A stretch of 63,784 nucleotides of DNA, counting the filler, from Bigelowiella natans CCMP2755 (lineage: Eukaryota; Protista; Cercozoa), in assembly GCA_000320545.1 (NCBI GenBank). It is 4 parts of 4 records of this genome, joined end to end, with 100 filler letters (N's around TTAATTAATTAA, not from the genome) between each part and the next. Parts side by side here need not be neighbours in the genome. Positions count along the whole stretch, not along the records: positions 1 to 27,840 come from ADNK01000667.1; positions 27,941 to 56,582 come from ADNK01002196.1; 2 more parts are not named here. One strand, given 5' to 3'. Shown piece after piece: positions 23,400 to 36,995 of this stretch (the first letter of the stretch is position 1; every line of letters starts with the position of its first letter). The notes under the pieces were generated by a model. That model made no database searches. It was not told where the DNA came from and saw only the letters and a list, made by a program, of their open reading frames with translations. Both the position numbers and the translations under genes were made by a program.

Positions 23400-24060
23400 A
23401 CGCAGATAAGATTTAGCTGATCTATAACAAACGAATAGCATTTTCTTCATCATAAGGACAACGAGTACGGCACATTTTCGTATGCAGTTGTGCTGCAGCA
23501 GTTTCTTGCGCATTGCATTGTGCTTTTCGCGTACATATACATGCGTCGCAAGTCTGCAGCGCTGTGTCATTGTCTAGTTGTACACAATATTTATGAGACG
23601 AATATGATAATGAGATGTATTAATTTTTTTCGATCGTCGTTGCCCATCCTAATGTAGCTGTGCAAAGCTACGGCTATATAATCATCTATAGCACTTGTAC
23701 GTATGATAGACATGCTTATTATACGTGTTATATATTGTGTATGTTGGCTTTCACACAATATGTCGCACGTATAATAACGTACTAGCTATAGCTGTCATGC
23801 TCTCTTAAAAACATATACTACTAGCATTGTTGCAGTAGTATCAATGCACCAGTAATGCCAGAGATATGTTCGCGCCGAAGCCACCATTCACACTTCAACT
23901 TCAACATGTACGTCTATATATGCCAGCCATGATGTGTATATGATGTTCGTGCCGCAGCACAAAATGCATACTATATGCACATGCACGCATTTGAACGAGC
24001 ACATGTACATACGATAAGCTCTGCTCACTATTCGCATATATTGTATGTACATCTAATGAT
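23400..24060. repeat. TA-rich intergenic block, possible degenerate repeat
   Basis: No coding signal; high TA; 21-bp exact match (23645-23665) to 48182-48202. Confidence 0.3.
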
Positions 24061-24154
24061 AAACTTTGCCATCAATAACTTCTTCTTGCAATCTGAAAAA
24101 TCATTTCGCTTCGTGGGGCGATGGTTTGGCGCGAAACGCAACAACCACCACTCC

Positions 24155-25283
24155 TCACGGCCTGCGACGACTACTTGCTTGGCGACTACTGGGCGATTTC
24201 ATCTCTCCTCGCGCTGCAGTTTCTATTATAAACGAGGAAACTTTTTGGTCAAATTTCTGCAAACGTATCGGCATTTCCACCACGTAAAAAGGGTCCTTCA
24301 GCACATAGTCGGAATAGATCATGTACAAATCGCTAAGAAGAGCCTACCACAGCAAGGAAAACCAATTTCTTACAAAAGAGAAACATCCTAATTTGACATC
24401 AGTTGTGAACTACGGCCCATTGTTCCCCCCCCCCCCCCCCTTCCCCATTCTGTTTAAAAGTACCTTCAGGGAGTCCCCATCTGGATCAACTGTGATGAAA
24501 AACTTTACTCCTGCGTGGGCAACAACCACATTACGGCAACATTCCCTTTCACAACAAAACTATGAAGCGGCGAAAAGGGCATCTGTCGGGACACCTGTCA
24601 AGGGTCTAAAACACTCCCATCGGAAGTTTTCTGTGACGATTGCTTCCATGCCTTGCGGGACGGCAAGATTCACGCTCTTGAGTGGCGACCTGTAGCACAT
24701 GACGACAGAAATTTTTTCACACAATGGCCCCCCCTTTGGGAACAAATAAGAGGTAATGTTTCTGGGTGATTTAGAAAAAAAAAAAGAATGGGGCTGCAGT
24801 AAAGAACAAGATAACGCAATTTTAGGGATCAGTTGAAGGGTTTCGAAAACTTGTTCGTGCTCGCTCAAGTAGGCAGGAACAGTGCGTGTCGGCATTACAA
24901 GCTGCTCGCGTTCAGGAAGAGTCCGTGAAAAACCGATGCCATATATAAACATTCGTTCGCGTTGATCGTCCGCGCTTTCGTTGACAGATTCTGAAATCGT
25001 ACAGGAAGGAAGTAGTACAGCAGCATTCATCTCGAATCACACCCTCTATTCTGTCCCCCTTCTCTCCAATCCCCGGTCCTAATCTATTCCTTTGTCCACC
25101 CTCCAATTTAATCTCGCACGATGAGAGGGATAATGTAAAAATGGGCACCTTGTGGTAGATCAAACTGCCAGCCTTGTTTACAATAAAGAGCGTGTACACC
25201 GGCTGAAAGAGAACACATAGAAACGTCGAACAAAAGGAGGGAATAAAGATCGGCACAGGGATGCAAGTAGGTTGGACAACCAT
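24155..25283 (-). CDS. TRAPPC4: TRAPP complex subunit 4 (Trs23/synbindin, longin fold); multi-exon
   Basis: VYTLFIVNKAGSLIY, ANECLYMASVFHGLF, GMEAIVTENFRWECFRPLTGVKFFI, LYMIYSDYVLKDPFYVVEMPIRLQKFD. Confidence 0.87.
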
Positions 25284-25685
25284 GGCTGGAATCTCCTTTC
25301 CCTGCTGTCCTCTGTTTCTTCGCCCTGCTCCTTCCTCGCGGACTAATGCAAGCAGATCTTCGATTCTAGCGAAGGGAGTCGGGCAGGGCTGGTCGATCCC
25401 GTATTCGTTTGTTCTCAACGAATTTAAGGTAGATATTCGTAGATATTATTCGCATAGAAAAATGTCTAAGGAAAAGAACGTTGTGCCGAATGTTGCGCAA
25501 CCGAAACACGTTCCGTGTTGGCTGGGATTTTTAGGACGCCCGATATTCCTGAAAGGATATGTATATAGGAGAGCCAGTCGCGCACGCAATGGACACTAGG
25601 TCTGCGGAAGTACTATCAATATATTTAAATGTTTCTGGTTCAATTATTGTACCAGAAAAGTATCTTCCTGATCGAACCGGAGACC

Positions 25686-27840
25686 ATGCAGACCGAGGCT
25701 GCTGCCGTTCCGAACCCACAGGAGATGGGGGAGGAGAGCGCCAGAGCTCAGGCCTACTGGGAGTGCAGTAGGTGCAAGCTGAGAAATGAGGAAGAGGCTA
25801 CATCCTGCCAAGTTTGCTTGTTTAGAAGGCCCCGGAAATCGGTGAGACAGCAAACGATGAAGAAAGAAAAGCATTGAGAGAAAAGGAGAGGAGAGATAGT
25901 CGGAGAGCGGCTTCCTACCCCGATCAGTTGAACTACATTCGTTTCTCGACACACCTCGAAGGCATTGTGCCGCTTTTGGCGATCGAATCGTTTTGATGCT
26001 ACTGCTGGATTTTTGCGTCTGCACAGCGGATGTCGAGGAGCACAAACGCTCAAAGCGCCTCGAGCTCGAGCAACCGCGAGGACGAATTGCATAGTTTGGT
26101 GGACATCATCGAGAAGCCTATCCCATCGGAGTATGTCCTATAATTCGAATCATATTCACACTTCACAAGGGTAACGCAAGATTCCCCTTCACCTGTAGGT
26201 TGTACTTGCAAGGCAGCAGCTCGCTGTCGGTGGCGCTGAACGATACATATTACGCCGACCGCTTCCTAATTGGCGGAAGGCCAACCTACAAGACGAGAAA
26301 TAACCGGGTAGTTCCGCCCGGAAGATGAGTGATCTTCTCTGGTGGATAAAAACGCGACGTTTCATAATTTTCTTTCCTATCCTAACCCCTTCCAGCCTCG
26401 AATATACTGGGACGCGACACAATCTCGTTGGGTAATCACGCTCTCTGGGGAGCAAGGTGCAGTTTGGACCCTTCACCGTTTTATCAGAGGCATTACGTTC
26501 TGCAGCGAATGACCCCGGTCCTCTAATTCATATGCGCAGGTGGAGCAACGTACTGCTTCAATAAGGATGACGTCCTACATCCCGTAATCAATCCCTCTAA
26601 CCCCCCCCCTCCACATATTCTGTGGCGCGGACCTTGTTATTAGCCTCAGGTTGCCGCCTTGCCCTTTCCCCTTCTTCCTTGCTTTTGGCTATCTTTTTTA
26701 GGGAGAAATTACAGGCAAATGGATTGTGCCGGCTGCAAACTTGAAGCGAGTGGGAGAGGATCGGTATGATGATGAGAAATAAACACCCTTCTCTGTGTTG
26801 GATGGTAGTGCGAACGAGGCGGGTTTTAGTGTGGGAGTGGGGAGGAGCAACTACGGCTGCAGCTCTCGCTGCAGCATTAAAAGCCCGACCCGAACAACAC
26901 CTCATGCCTATTTCCTCGACACACCACAGGGGGTTTAAATTCAAGGTCATTGGATCTCGGATGCTGGAGCCCAGTCGGAAGAAAAAGGTACGCGCAGTAG
27001 TTGGTTACCCACGCTCTGCCTATCATTTCTGGCAAGATGCGGGTCGTCATATCATATCACTATCATCATCATCGCCATCGTCATCGTCATCGTCATCGCC
27101 ATCGTCATCGTCATCGTCATCCACAGCCCGCAACAACAAAATATCGCTAATTACGCAGAAGAATGCCCCGAACAACGCAAGGAGGAAAAGGAAGAAGGGC
27201 GGTTCTGGAGGCGGTATGAGGGTCGGCGGGGGAAGCAAGACACACTCACCGGGGACCCCCAAACGGAAACCAACTTCAGGGGCGTCCAACATCGAAGAGG
27301 ACGTCGCGCTGATGCCGCGCGAGAATGAGGCTGTTCCGACTGGTGGTAGTAGAATTAGAAGTAGCAGCGGTAATCGCGGCAGTTTCAGCGACTATGATGA
27401 TGACGGTGAAGATGATAAAGACGCACTGCAAGCCAAGAGGAGGAGATCTGGCGCGGACAACGATGGGCCCTTGCTCGATGGCCACGGGAAGGGGGGGGGC
27501 AGCTGCTATCCCCCAGACGAAAGAAGAGGCGGACGGGGCGATGAAGGAAAGAAGGAGACTGACAGCAGTCGCAATGGCGGCGACGACGGCGGCAATCGAG
27601 GAGGCAGCATTACCACGTGAGATTGTGAGGGGAAGTTGTAGAGAGGAGAGAATCATGCTGAGAAGGAAAACGAAGTAGTGGAGACGATGACGTATCCGGT
27701 CCACTAATCCTTTCCACCCCCCCCCCCCCCCCCTTCCCTTAGATTGGAATCCAGCTTTCGATTGTTGTCAAGCGACGATTTCTTCGCAAAGGCCTCTCAG
27801 ATCCTGGGCCTCAGCGGCACCGACGACGATGAGGAGGTGG
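25686..27840 (+). CDS. RanBP2-type zinc finger protein with low-complexity C-terminal region; truncated by gap
   Basis: YWECSRCKLRNEEEATSCQVC fits W-x-C-x2-C-x3-N-x6-C-x2-C; downstream exon-like blocks with canonical splice sites and a Gly/Asp/Arg-rich exon about 27140-27615. Confidence 0.55.
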
Positions 27841-27940
27841 NNNNNNNNNNNNNNNNNNNNNNNNNNNNNNNNNNNNNNNNNNNNTTAATTAATTAANNNN
27901 NNNNNNNNNNNNNNNNNNNNNNNNNNNNNNNNNNNNNNNN
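27841..27940. other. Artificial contig spacer
   Basis: 44 N + TTAATTAATTAA (stops in all six frames) + 44 N. Confidence 0.97.
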
Positions 27941-28032
27941 GGAGGAGGGGGAAGGAAGAGGCAGAGGCCGCGGCAGCCGCGAGGATGAAGGTGGAGCAAG
28001 AGAGAGCAATCGAAAGATGATGATGATGCTGC

Positions 28033-28070
<38 letters not shown>

Positions 28071-28199
28071 ATGGCGGTGATGATGATGATAATGACGATG
28101 GTGATGGTAATGATGATGATGATGACGATGATGACGATGATGGAAATTACTGCTTGTGTTAATGGCTGTTGCCTGCACAACGACGCAGCGCTCCGGGAT

Positions 28200-28625
28200 G
28201 GAGAAAGTGATTGTAAGCATGGCAAAAATACCGGTGAGGACGCATGTCTAAGGAGCGCAGCAGAGAGAAATAATTGCGACAACAACAACAACAACAATAA
28301 CAACAACAACAACCACACTTTTAAATGTAGCCATCGAATGGATTAGTAGAGGTGAATGGTCGTAGTGGTATTCATGGTCATTTTCTCCCGTCCTTCGCAC
28401 TCATTCTCTCCGCTTCAAGGACCGAGACACCGAATCTTCGTCGGCATTGCTCATTACTACCTGCACACACAGCAGCTTACTTAGCCCCCCACCCCCATTC
28501 CTTCCGCATTTAGGAGCTGCGAAAGGGATTGCTTCCTCAGCTTACCGATTTCGTCAGCGTACGTGATGGATATGGCAGTTGGGCTTGTTTATACAGGGCG
28601 TGTTGCCTGTGGGGAGTGCGCGCGC

Positions 28626-28663
<38 letters not shown>

Positions 28664-28749
28664 AGAGAGACACGCATCTGTGTTGAAAGAGTAGAAAATG
28701 ATATCTGCACGTCGTGGTGAATTCGATGGTTTAATCCGTGAGTGTGAGA

Positions 28750-28788
<39 letters not shown>

Positions 28789-28918
28789 CGCGTAGCTGCT
28801 CGCTGGTCGACTCCTTATCTCTTGCTTGTCTCGCATTCTCGGTGATTGATTTCTAAGTCTAGGAGAGGCGTTCAAACAACTGCTGCAGTGTTGGGGCGGG
28901 GAGGGCGGGAGGACAAAT

Positions 28919-28962
<44 letters not shown>

Positions 28963-28989
28963 CATATGCTGATGATAGACGGGAACGAA

Positions 28990-29021
<32 letters not shown>

Positions 29022-29045
29022 CACATAAGTATTGCGATTGAAAGA

Positions 29046-29096
<51 letters not shown>

Positions 29097-30795
29097 AGAG
29101 GTGGGGTGGGTCGGGGAGGCAAGAGAACTTCTTTCTGGCTCAATATGATGATGCGCCAGCAAGTGTGCAAAGAGAGAACACAGTAGCATCCCTATCGGGG
29201 TCATCATCATGATGGTGATTCGGTATTTTCACTGCAAATTTGTCGCAGGTTGGAGGCCCTGACGTCGTCTATGCGGAGGAGGACTTCTCCATGTTTTCGA
29301 GGAGCCTCTCGGCTTTTATCAGGTGTGGCGAGAGAGGGGGGGCAGAGACAGGAGATGTGGAAGAAGAGAGAAACCATGACCGTGAGCTGTGAGGAGGCGA
29401 GTAGAAGGAACACATCAAAACTGTCCGTCGTTCACGGCAGCATTTGTACTTACCGTGTTTGGGCAAGTTGCGAGCCATCGTATGCTCGAATGGAGAAGAA
29501 TCTTATTTAGCTGTTTTGCATTCATGTCATCTGTGTCCTCCTCCTCCTCCTCCTCCTCCTCCTCCTCCTCGTGCTCTCGTTTCACCCTCATCGATATCCC
29601 CATCCGCCGTGTACCTCATTTGTTAGCGCTCAAGAGGAGGGGAAGGGAGGCGAAGAAGAAGAAAACGGAGAAGAAGAATCTAAAGAACGCTCACGGAAGA
29701 TGGCCATGAGCATTTGCTCAAAGCTGCTGGATGTGGCCTATGCGAGGCATACAATACAGCATCCCGCCTTGCGGGAGCTACTACTGCCCCCCCCCGTGCA
29801 GCATCAGCGGCATCAGCACCGTTTGACGGATGCAAAGCGCACAGGTCGTTCGTTTTAGACAAAAACTTTATGAAATAGCATTGAGAACCTCTGCTGTCGC
29901 AGTGCTGCCATCATCGCTAACGATGGGTTCTTTTCCACCATCACGAGCAGGCCAAGGCATTGCTGAAAGTGCAGCTTCGTCGACATCGTTTCTCCTCCGG
30001 CTCCTTAACATCGTCCTTGGGGCAGAGGCGTCGTTAGCTGCTCGCAGCGAGAGTCAGCAGCAGGCGTTCCCTGCTCTCCCCCAATGCTTGCGCTACCTAA
30101 ACGCGGCTGCAGAAAGTACTCTCAGCCCAACAATCCAGTCCAATATATACAAACATGTGCGCATATATAGTGATGATGTTGGCGGTGTTACGATGGCGTT
30201 TTTTTTTTTTGGCAATTTATTTTGTCCAATGTTTCTTCGTTATAAAATACGCAGGCCTTGTTGAATCGCAACAAAACCTGAGGAGTAGTCGCTCAGCAAT
30301 CCCAACACTCAAATTGACCTCTTTTCCCGTTGCGCGCGCCGCTTACTGCTGCGTGTATTTCGTGTGAATATTTCGCTACACTAGACGATACGATAGCGTC
30401 ATTGAGCACCCTGACGAGTTGGCTCGGATTCTCCAAGAAAAATGTGAAAGTAATGCCCCCCTCAAGAAGATGTGGTTTTTGATGAACGACGACGGTCCAA
30501 CGTCAAGCTGATAACTGCATATTAGAACAGTAGTTGGCTACGAGAGCTGGTATTCTTTAATTCTTTAATTGTGTGTCATTTGCAGGTGCCCCACCCCCTG
30601 GAATCTAGCAGCGTGGTGATCTTCGTCGTCGGCGGTGTCACGAATTCTGAGCTTAGCGACATCCAAGAGCTTTGCGGCGGTAGTGCGCAAAGCTCCCATC
30701 ACCGCTACGGAGGCAGAGCGTCCCCAGAGATATTTCTCGGCTCTACCGAGATTACCTCGAAAGCAACGTTTATTTCGAAATTCTTCCATCTTTAA
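28200..30795 (+). CDS. Sec1/Munc18-family protein, SCFD2-like C-terminus; 5' part unresolved
   Basis: Final exons LTSWLGFSKKNVK|VPHPLESSSVVIFVVGGVTNSELSDIQE...EIFLGSTEITS match the SM-family C-terminal VIFVVGG..GST pattern; upstream exons such as VGGPDVVYAEEDFSMFSRSLSAFIR. Confidence 0.62.
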
Positions 30796-30849
30796 TCTAC
30801 AGAAGGCATCTCTGGTCGCCGCATAATAGGGATCTGCAGAGAAAGACAA

Positions 30850-31900
30850 GGAATTAGACGCAAGGCGACTTCCTTGCTAGCTTGCATTTGTTACATGCAC
30901 TCGCCGGCTGCATACACGGCGCCAAAATCTACATTTCATGTCGCGTACGTAAGTTGAGGATGGGGGTGTACATCACATCTTGACAAACTAAATGACAAAG
31001 GATGCTTCCAAATAGATGCGGTAGTGTACGATTCCTGTTGCTGCACGCCATGCATGCATGGATTGTGCGACGAAGTTGCGCGCTGCGCGCAGGTCTGCAG
31101 CAGATTAGATGCTTTCCGATTCTGCACGTGCGACAAGTTAACACTCTCTGGCTCCGGTTTGGGATACAAGCGCAAGTGCATCATTGCATATGACAGAGCG
31201 TGGCCTCGTGTCAGTCATTTGGCAATTACCTGATTGCTAGATTTGCAAGGCAGGTCTTTAGTTTTGTGGCCAATAGCTTGACTAGCTACTAGAATCACAT
31301 GCCATATATATAATGCTTAAATGTAGCAATCGAACATATTGTTGTCGCTTGTTGCATGCTATCAGCATACTTCATAGTGTGTGTACGTAATGTGTGTGCA
31401 TCATCTAGGTATGTCTAGCAGAAGTGACAAATTGTGTCCTGCGATCGACAACAATGTTCATTTGCTATTTATTTAATCATCATAGCATGCTAGCTAGCTA
31501 GTGCTCCCAGTCAGCAGTGTCCATAAAGACCTTGCAAATGACAGACATGATGCCACGTGCATATGCAATGATACACTTAATGCGCTTGTAAACAGCGATG
31601 TGGTGTACAACCAAACACACCCTTGCAAAGCGACACTATATTGTGTCACACAACTACATCATGCTGCTGTAGTGTCATGCTCATCATCTCATCATGTTGC
31701 ATTGTTGCACTCAAACTACATGTTAGGGCACACAAAGGTTGCTAGGTTGCGCAATGAAGTCAATTGCGAATTTTTGTTGTCGCTGTGCAGTTCCGTGCTG
31801 ATGCAACAAACAGAGACTCTTGAGCAGGTAGAATTTGTCGTTTGCGTTTGGGTCAGCACTCTGATATCGATGCCGATGTCATCAATCGACTAGTACTAGT
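30850..31900. other. Intergenic island with TG/CA and CTAG enrichment, partial TA loss
   Basis: Non-coding, TG/CA rich, (GCTA)n at 31490-31501, TA reduced but present. Confidence 0.4.
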
Positions 31901-32061
31901 TGCATGTGACGGCGAAACTTCGGCCGCACTTCCGCTGCTTTGCGCCAAGACATTCCTAAAGATGATATCCCGAATGAGAACCTCGTCATTCTATGGGTTG
32001 CTAACGGATTGAGTCGCAAAGCACGCACTCACACGACGAAAACACAACGTCCACAACACAA

Positions 32062-32508
32062 TTACGAATACCTCGCTTTTGCAGCCCCGATGAGCGATTC
32101 CGTCTGAGCTGAGCGGCCTTTCGCGTGCGGCTTCTTTCCTTCTTTTGATTTTCGAGAACCGGGCCTCTTCCTCTCTCTCACTTCACATTGGTCCTGCTTC
32201 GCAGGCTCCCTACTCTTGGTCTCCCCCCTCTCCGCCTCCCTCTTCCTCAGTTTTAGCTTCGCTTGTCGAATGAACTCGCGACGGAGGGCAACGCGTATGG
32301 TCCTCGCCCGAAGTATGGTCCTAGCGCCAGGGTGCTTGGACATCACATACTCAAGGTCTGAAGATGATGACAATGCTGATAGGAGGAGAGGGAGAGGGAG
32401 AGAGGGACAGAGAGGGGGAAGGGAGGGGGGTAATGCTGATTTCTTTCTCACAAGGGGGGGGGGGGGTCATCAGAAGAAAGGCACGTCTATGAGATAGTAC
32501 CCAAAGAC

Positions 32509-32555
<47 letters not shown>

Positions 32556-35500
32556 TTATATGCGCGTGCATTGGTGAAATAATTCTGTGCAATCTGCAGG
32601 GATGGGTGGAGGAGCACGGGGGCGATGACATCGCTATTGTATTTCGTAGTATTAGGAGGAGGGCCGACCAAGGCGGCAGCGCTGTGCTGCGCTATGCCGT
32701 GCCCGAGCGAGTGCGGGTCCTCATCAGGAAGCAGTCCGATGTACTCAAAGGGGGGGTAGAGTGCAAACTCGACGTGCATGGCCAACTCGCGGATGAAGGC
32801 TTTTGGCAGGTTTTTGAACATGGGGACGGTCCTCAGCAGCCGACCGTGGGCCGCGCTGCTGACCGTTCGGCGGAGCCCAGGAGACATCCGCGGCAGAAGG
32901 TCCAGCCACCTGGAATGGGTTGGGGGGGGTATTTGGGGTGTGCGTGCGCGCGTGCGCACTTGCGTGCATCTAGGTGGTCGTGTGAGTGCTCAGAAGACGA
33001 GAGAAAATGGCGGTTGGTGACAAAGGAGAAACGAGTTGTTTCGGACACAGAAAGCTCTCGTAACGTCTTACGTCGAGACAACGGTGCATGCGCATTAGAA
33101 CCAGAACATCATCAGCTCTCGTCTTCCAATCAATCAGGCGAACAACACGCGCGCGCACGCACCCTTTCGTCGCCCGCATGTCCTTGTCGCGGTAGAGGAA
33201 GATCCTCAGCGCGCGCCGCAGCCCATCGTCGAAGCCGTGGGACTCCATGAATTTGTTAAGGTCGTCCATGTTCATGATGAACTCCATATCCATTTGTTTG
33301 CGCAGGCTGCTTATCGAGCTCGCACTTCCAATGATGTATGTCCATGTCGCGCCGACTACGACCATAAAAATGGCGCTGCTAAAGAACTCCAGCGTGTTGA
33401 CCTGCAGCGAGAGGGGGTGCTTGTTAGGGAGGTGGTATCGTTTGCTGTGTTGGTCTTTGGTCTCGTACGAAATCAAAGGAAGGGTGCAAAATCTCACGAG
33501 TCGCCGGAAGAAAACATATGAGCTGTTATCGCTATCTTTTCCTCTTTGGAAGTGCTCTCTCCCGCCTCTCGTCTCTATTTGCTTTACCGGCATTGCGATG
33601 TCGCCGTATCCTATGGTTGTGAGGGTCATCACGGACCAATGTAGCGACCGTGCATACAGAGCGACTCCGTTGAAGTCCTCGCCAGTTTCCGCGGATAGCG
33701 TTTTGATCCATGTGTTGTTGTATCTGTCGTTGTGGCGTTGTTGTTTTTGATGTTGTTGTCGCACATTTTTGTTGCATTTTCGCAGTGTGTGAGTCAATGA
33801 CGACGACTGCGAAGGACTGTCTGTACTGCAGAATTTCATTTTTTTGGTGAGGATGTTTGTTGATTCTGTGTGTGGTGCGGAAAAGCGATATAGGCTGCAC
33901 GTTCCTTGTGCGTGCAAATATTTGTGTATTGGTCTAGCCCCCACACCCCCTGTTCTATCGGGCAATCGAAATGAAATGAAAGACTTTTTTTTTTCCAAAA
34001 GCATTGGATGGACGCATGCTGGGAAGCAATTCTGGCTTAGTACGGTACTATTCTTCATGGTCGCTCTCTGTTCATCATCTTCTCAGTCAAAACTTACATT
34101 TTCGTCTTCCCAATAGTGATCCAGAAGCACGCCCCCCAGTGTGCCACCAGCGCGGCCAACGCTACTAGTTGCAATAGATTGAGCATCATAACATTAAACC
34201 GAAGGAAGAAGACGCTCCATCTCTCCAATATCCGTCCAATACGCAAGATTCTCAGCAGTTTTAGGCAGCGAAAATACAGCAAAATGCGGAGGGCGTCGCC
34301 GTCATTCTCCACAAATAACTCGAAGGGCAGCACCGAGATGACGTCGATGGAAAACCACCCGCGAAGGTATTTCGCAATGGACTTGCTACGATTCTCTTCT
34401 AGGCTGACGACATCGCCCTCTTCCCAGTTCATGTTCTCCGCAGCCAAGTTGAAGTGGATTAAAATATCAAATGTGAAGATCAAGTCGATGATGTAGCCCA
34501 CCACGAGCAAGAACATCGACGAGTTCCGCTCGATCAGAGCTACTTCCAGAGGGGTCACCAGCGCCACATATACCTGCCAACGAATAAGGGACGAGAAGGG
34601 CAATTGAGAACTTAATAGTAGCTATGAGAGAGTCATCGCAGCAAATGGAGACGAGGTAGCAAAAAGGTGCATAAAATAAACAAGAGAAAGATCGGATGGG
34701 GAAGTTCTTTGGGGTGCTGACTTACAATGGAACAGAACGTTAAAACATCCCACTTCACCAGATCTGCAGGTCTTGAAAATATATAAAAGCATTTTTTGGT
34801 TCGATAAAACACACCATGCGGATTATGACGACAATGTAATTTACAAGATGTAGGTTGCTCTCAATAAACCAACCGAAGTATGCCGACAAAAGCAATAATT
34901 GCCTTCCACCAAGCGCACATGAACCTGATAAATAAACCAATCATCGGTCTCCAGACGATTTTAATAAGAAAACCCTCGCGGACCTTCGTTCTGAAGTTAC
35001 ATCCTTTGGATCCATAATTTTCTGCGCGATTGTTTGCTGGCGCTGGAGGTAGTTTCGTCTGTTAAATGCTGCTGTATTGTCTTGGAGATCATGGACGCTC
35101 TAGTTATTTTGTTTAAAATATATATTTGTTGGATTCTCTTCAGATTGCATGTGTACGATAGATAGCCTACCTGCAGGAGACTGGGGAATTGCGTATTGAC
35201 CGACAGCCTTCTTTTCGGAGAAGGCGCACTTATCTGACTTTGTTTCCTTTCTCCGTGCTTGTCTGCGCAGCAGTGTTCGATTAGTTTGAGATGTACTTTC
35301 AGCAGGGAAGGAATGACATGCACGAAAAACTCAATTTTCGAGAAATAATCGAAAATAGGTGCAGGAGTATATCACCATGGAGGCTGTAATTAATGCTATT
35401 GCGCAGAATTTTACGTTCATGATGATCGCCCGAGACCAATGCAGGGAATTTCTGGAGTCGAACACGTACCCATCTCTCCCTCTAGTTTCATGCTACATAC

Positions 35501-35620
35501 CTTTTAAAACGAGCTTCGACCGTTGATGTAAATGGTGCTGGATATTCATCATACTGGGTCGATTCCGCATCTTCTTATTTCTCAGATTGAGTAGGCCGAT
35601 GGCGTTTTCGGTGGCCATGT
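32062..35620 (-). CDS. Voltage-gated K+ channel of the cyclic-nucleotide-binding-domain (KCNH/CNG/AKT-like) superfamily; multi-exon, start approximate
   Basis: S1-S5 exon 34094-34576 (VYVALVTPLEV, YLRGWFSIDVISVLP, S4 FRCLKLLRILRIGRILER, AHWGACFW), pore SLHWSVMTLTTIGYGDI, S6/C-linker DDLNKFM and MSPGLRRTV...LLRTVPMF, C-terminal helix DLEYVMSKHP. Confidence 0.9.
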
Positions 35621-36995
35621 TTTAAAGAAACCGGAGCACTTCACCACTTTTTAACTCGAACCAAAAATCCGTTCGGCGCGTTAAGAAGACAGTTTTAGCC
35701 ACGCTTTAACCTCCTGAGAGGAGGAAGATCATTCCTTGGTTCCCCCCCACGGTTACAGGCTATTAACCGATAAGTAATGTTGTCAAAGCGACAAGCCGGA
35801 GCGCATATGACGATAAAATGAAGACATCTACAACATGCGACAACCATATTTCGTCTATTCATCTAACTTTTTACAAAGATAGCTGCGATACAGTACGTTT
35901 AGCATGTGCGTCACGAAAATTCGGTAGTCCTATTACAATTTTTTGGTAGATCTAATTGATAAGAGCTGATTTATTAAAAATTTGTTTATTATACATTTTT
36001 TTGGCACAATTTATCTAGAAAGTTCCCCAATAAAACCTCTCCGTAGAAAACATCCGGGCTCGAAAACAAGCTCGCTTGCTTGCGCATTTTTTTTAGCGAA
36101 AAACTGATGCTATTTGAGCTAAGTCGTACAACATATTCAATGTCGCAATATTTGTACGAAGGCAAAAATCCGATAAAATTTTCACCGTAGTCTTAAGGAA
36201 ACTACGAGCATCGACGAAAACTGTGCACGTATTTCTCCTGGCGCATACGCAAAATGTGGACGTTTTTCCTTCGGAATACGTTCTTTCCCAAGTCGTCAAT
36301 CGCAAATCTGGGAATCGTCAAAGTCTCACATTTTTCAGATTTTCCATGTTTTATCTGGAGTACAACTAGCCCGGTGGAAATCGTTTTTTTTCGGAGATGT
36401 TAACATATGAGCATGTCGCATCGTAGTAAGAGTGTACATTTCGACAACATTGTATGATTACTCTTGGGAAATAGAATCCGGATGTTCGCTGTACTCCTCC
36501 TTACCCTACCCCTCGGGGCAGCGGGCAGGACAGCGCCCCTATCTGCTCGAAATCTCGATCACTTACAAAGGCCGCGTTCTCATCGATCATTCCAGACCCA
36601 TTATCATCTGGGTGGGAGGTTGAATGGACTCTCAAACCATGTTTCAGCGAGAAAGGTAGTCATATTCTTTCACCTAGTATGATGATACCTGTCCTCTCTG
36701 CCCCCCTGTAGTCAGGACCACCTTTCCTCTTTCCTGCAAGCTATATTTGGCATCAAATCAACCTGGATGTTGAATTTACGAGTTTCAAAAAAATCACGCC
36801 TCGCCTGACCCTCAAAACCACCACCCAGGAAGCTGAAGATGAGGGCCTAGACCGACCTCTCGCCATCATGGGGTCAGCGAGCAGGAGAGTTTCCAAAGCC
36901 GAACTGAAGCTCAGGTTCGTTGCACAAATAAAATCGATAGAAGCTAGGAAATAATCTATTACCGTGATCCCTTCGATGAGTGTTCTTACGTTGGT

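Noticed and set aside
27841-27940. TTAATTAATTAA flanked by N runs (also 56583-56682 and 58959-59058)
   Set aside because: Identical six-frame-stop spacer used to concatenate contigs; artefact. Adjacency across these points is not trustworthy.
27893-28346. Poly-Met, poly-His, poly-Ile and similar ORFs in the track (here and throughout)
   Set aside because: Translations of intronic microsatellites, not genes.
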